Assembly: GCA_003568945.1 (NCBI GenBank)
Contig: BDIP01000004.1
Coordinates: forward strand, 1-53,317
Direction of reading: 5' to 3'
DNA length: 53,317 nt
DNA from: Kipferlia bialata
Lineage: Eukaryota
Part shown: positions 51,201-53,317 of the stretch, one piece after another
Layout: the number at the start of each line of letters is the position of its first letter
Position numbering within the stretch: the stretch's first letter is position 1
The notes under the pieces: generated by a model
Told to the model about the DNA's origin: nothing
What the model saw: only the letters and a program-made list of their open reading frames with translations
Databases searched by the model: none
Translations under genes and position numbers: made by a program

Positions 51201-52960
51201 ATCAGAATTTCTGATATCTGATTCTCAGGCCAAGACAGGTCAACGCGCTGGTGTGCTCTGCGTCAACCTGAGTGGGAACCTCACCAATCACCAGCTCGGG
51301 TACCTGATTGCTCTCAAGGGACCCAGTATGAAGGTATATATAGTATCTGTAGTACTGTACAGAACTGTTGTTAGCACATGTCGTATATAATATTTGATTG
51401 CTCTCAAGGGACCCAGTATGAAGGTAGATGATTATCATATACCTTCATGTAACATGATTGCTGTCAAACTAGGTCCAGTCGTACACAGTTGCCAATATCG
51501 CTTGTCTGACATCCAACTAATTCACAGCTGCTTGCGTGTGCTATGGGAAGGACACAGCAAGAAGCCAAGGCTGCTCGGCTCTCAATCAACACACAGGTGG
51601 AGTCATGTATATACATGCATATATACATATTAGATATTGGGGTATCTCTTATCAATGATATGAGTCATATCATGCCATGCAATCCACAAATCATCCTTCC
51701 AAGTAGCATATGCGGCCAACAGAAGATCTAAAGCATATATTGATACAATACACTAAATATAAGACTTCACAGAGGAGGCTCTATATCCTTCAGCGTGCAA
51801 AAGACGGTGGCATCTATGAGTCTGGACGCCATAACACGAGGGAAATGCTCAAGGCAAAGAGGGAGTTTGGTAAGTTATATATATGACATAGATCTGTAGA
51901 CTTCGATCTTCAGTTCCTCTATATCATGATTGTTATCAACTAACTTCATGGTGTGTTTACGGACAATACATTGGGTTTGGTTTCTGAGTGTTTACATCAG
52001 GTGAACCCACCTACTACGGCCCTAAGGGCAGGCTGGTGCTTACAGGAGAGGCACTTCAGGCTCTAGTAGGGATGGTTGTGGATCTGCCGATTGGACAGAG
52101 TCTCTCTACCTCCATACTGCACAGAGAGTTTCCAGACATGGTCAGTTCATATTAGTACTCCCTGTGGTATATGTATATACAGTATATATTTATATAGTAT
52201 TCATATATGTATCAGGAACAGAGACATCTGCTTCACAGAGTATGTATACATAATGAGTATCAATACATGGCTACACGCACGACTATATGTATATCCTCTG
52301 TGGATGTATACCCACATCAGACCCTTCCCCCAAAGGAGTGTATGGTTGTGTACCTGCCTGACATCGGAGAGACCCGGGCCAAGAGCTTCTGCGACTCTCT
52401 CAAGGAGCTACACCTAGATGTGCTAGCAGTCTCGACTGTCAAGACCCCAAGTGCCCTCAAGAAGGTACATCTTACTACTAATACTACTAGAACTCTAGAA
52501 GTTCTAGGAGGTATATCCATTCCATTCAGGTCCTTCATACTACTACTTACATAATTACACCTAAGTCTTCCTTCAGGCCCTTGCCAATGCACCCCATGTG
52601 CTTGTGGCCTCTCACCACCATGTCAAGGCCACACCACAGTCCAAGGCGGGCAAGATGCACGCAACAATGTGGAGAGCTCTTGTAAAGGAGGGAGTGAGAG
52701 TGAGGGCATTCATGTGCCTAGGAAAGGTGCGTCCGATAAGAGCCACGAACACATATGGATATCTACATTCACTATTAGGACATTGGCCCCACCAACGAGA
52801 CCACTCTCCGCAACATGTATGAGAACCTCGCTGGGTTTGTCCTAGTCAACTACAGTGACAAGACGGAGGGAGGCCCAGTAGGTGATACTATGCTAATATA
52901 GAACTGATATCTCTATTCTATTATATTCTACTATTCTCCTTAGAGGCATGGAATCAATGA
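48223..52960 (+). CDS. hypothetical multi-exon protein (~700-800 aa), no recognised domain
   Basis: About 20 exons with canonical boundaries and mostly consistent phase, e.g. ELEAGLDVVLCRL, GLHYSQDGRPITSDE, SLVAVLFMTDVE, AGVLCVNLSGNL, CMVVYLPDIG, ...EAWNQ*. Confidence 0.6.
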
Positions 52961-53317
52961 TTGAGACTAGAGCACTCTATCCCACCCCAGCTGACACCCT
53001 GCAGTGCATACCGCTCAGGTCCTACTTCGAGGAAGTGTGGCTCAGACTCTGTTCAGTGGATGAGTGAAAGGGCCTTGACCCTTTCAAAGTGCAGAAACAC
53101 ACACCAGCAATCACATCACAAAGCGAATAGAAGACATCATCATTAGTATTGGATGGCAAATCAATGGAATATTCAATTCCGTGTTGTGGGTCAGAACTTC
53201 TCTCTCTTGCACATTCATAGGATGCTTAGTAGGCAATGCCTACTAGGCATTGCTTACTGTTTGGAGTAGGCTTTCAAAAATATAGAATAATGCCGTATTC
53301 TATATAGAATAACGATT

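Noticed and set aside
1..53317. rRNA, tRNA, alternative genetic code, or retroelement
   Set aside because: None recognisable. Conserved genes end in TAA/TAG/TGA and their exons read through under the standard code.

Overview
Eukaryotic, very intron-dense genomic DNA, not a prokaryotic window. It has short GT-AG introns whose branch point (CTNAC) sits only a few nt from the acceptor AG, many (CT)n/(TA)n and poly-G/C tracts, and ERERE/EGEGE-rich proteins. Together these suggest an anaerobic fornicate such as Kipferlia bialata; this is an inference, not a database match. Splicing exons by hand gives: a ComEC/Rec2-type metallo-beta-lactamase-fold gene, a WDR6/Trm734-like protein, eIF2B beta, a multi-pass membrane protein that splices in frame onto eIF2B beta, a ~13 kb gene with a C-terminal RING finger, an ASCT/4-hydroxybutyrate CoA-transferase, a TPR protein, a 2[4Fe-4S] ferredoxin module, TFIIH p44 (SSL1), the C-terminus of Sec23, two tandem beta-propeller-like paralogs and several orphans. 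Three signals stand out. (1) Many introns carry degenerate copies of the neighbouring exon edge plus its splice site, which suggests local tandem duplication is building or expanding introns. (2) Several conserved genes stop or start abruptly at long G/C homopolymers, most likely an assembly collapse, though split or trans-spliced genes are a testable alternative. (3) There is a bacterial-style MBL hydrolase and an apparent membrane-domain/eIF2B-beta fusion. All exon coordinates were derived by eye and are approximate.
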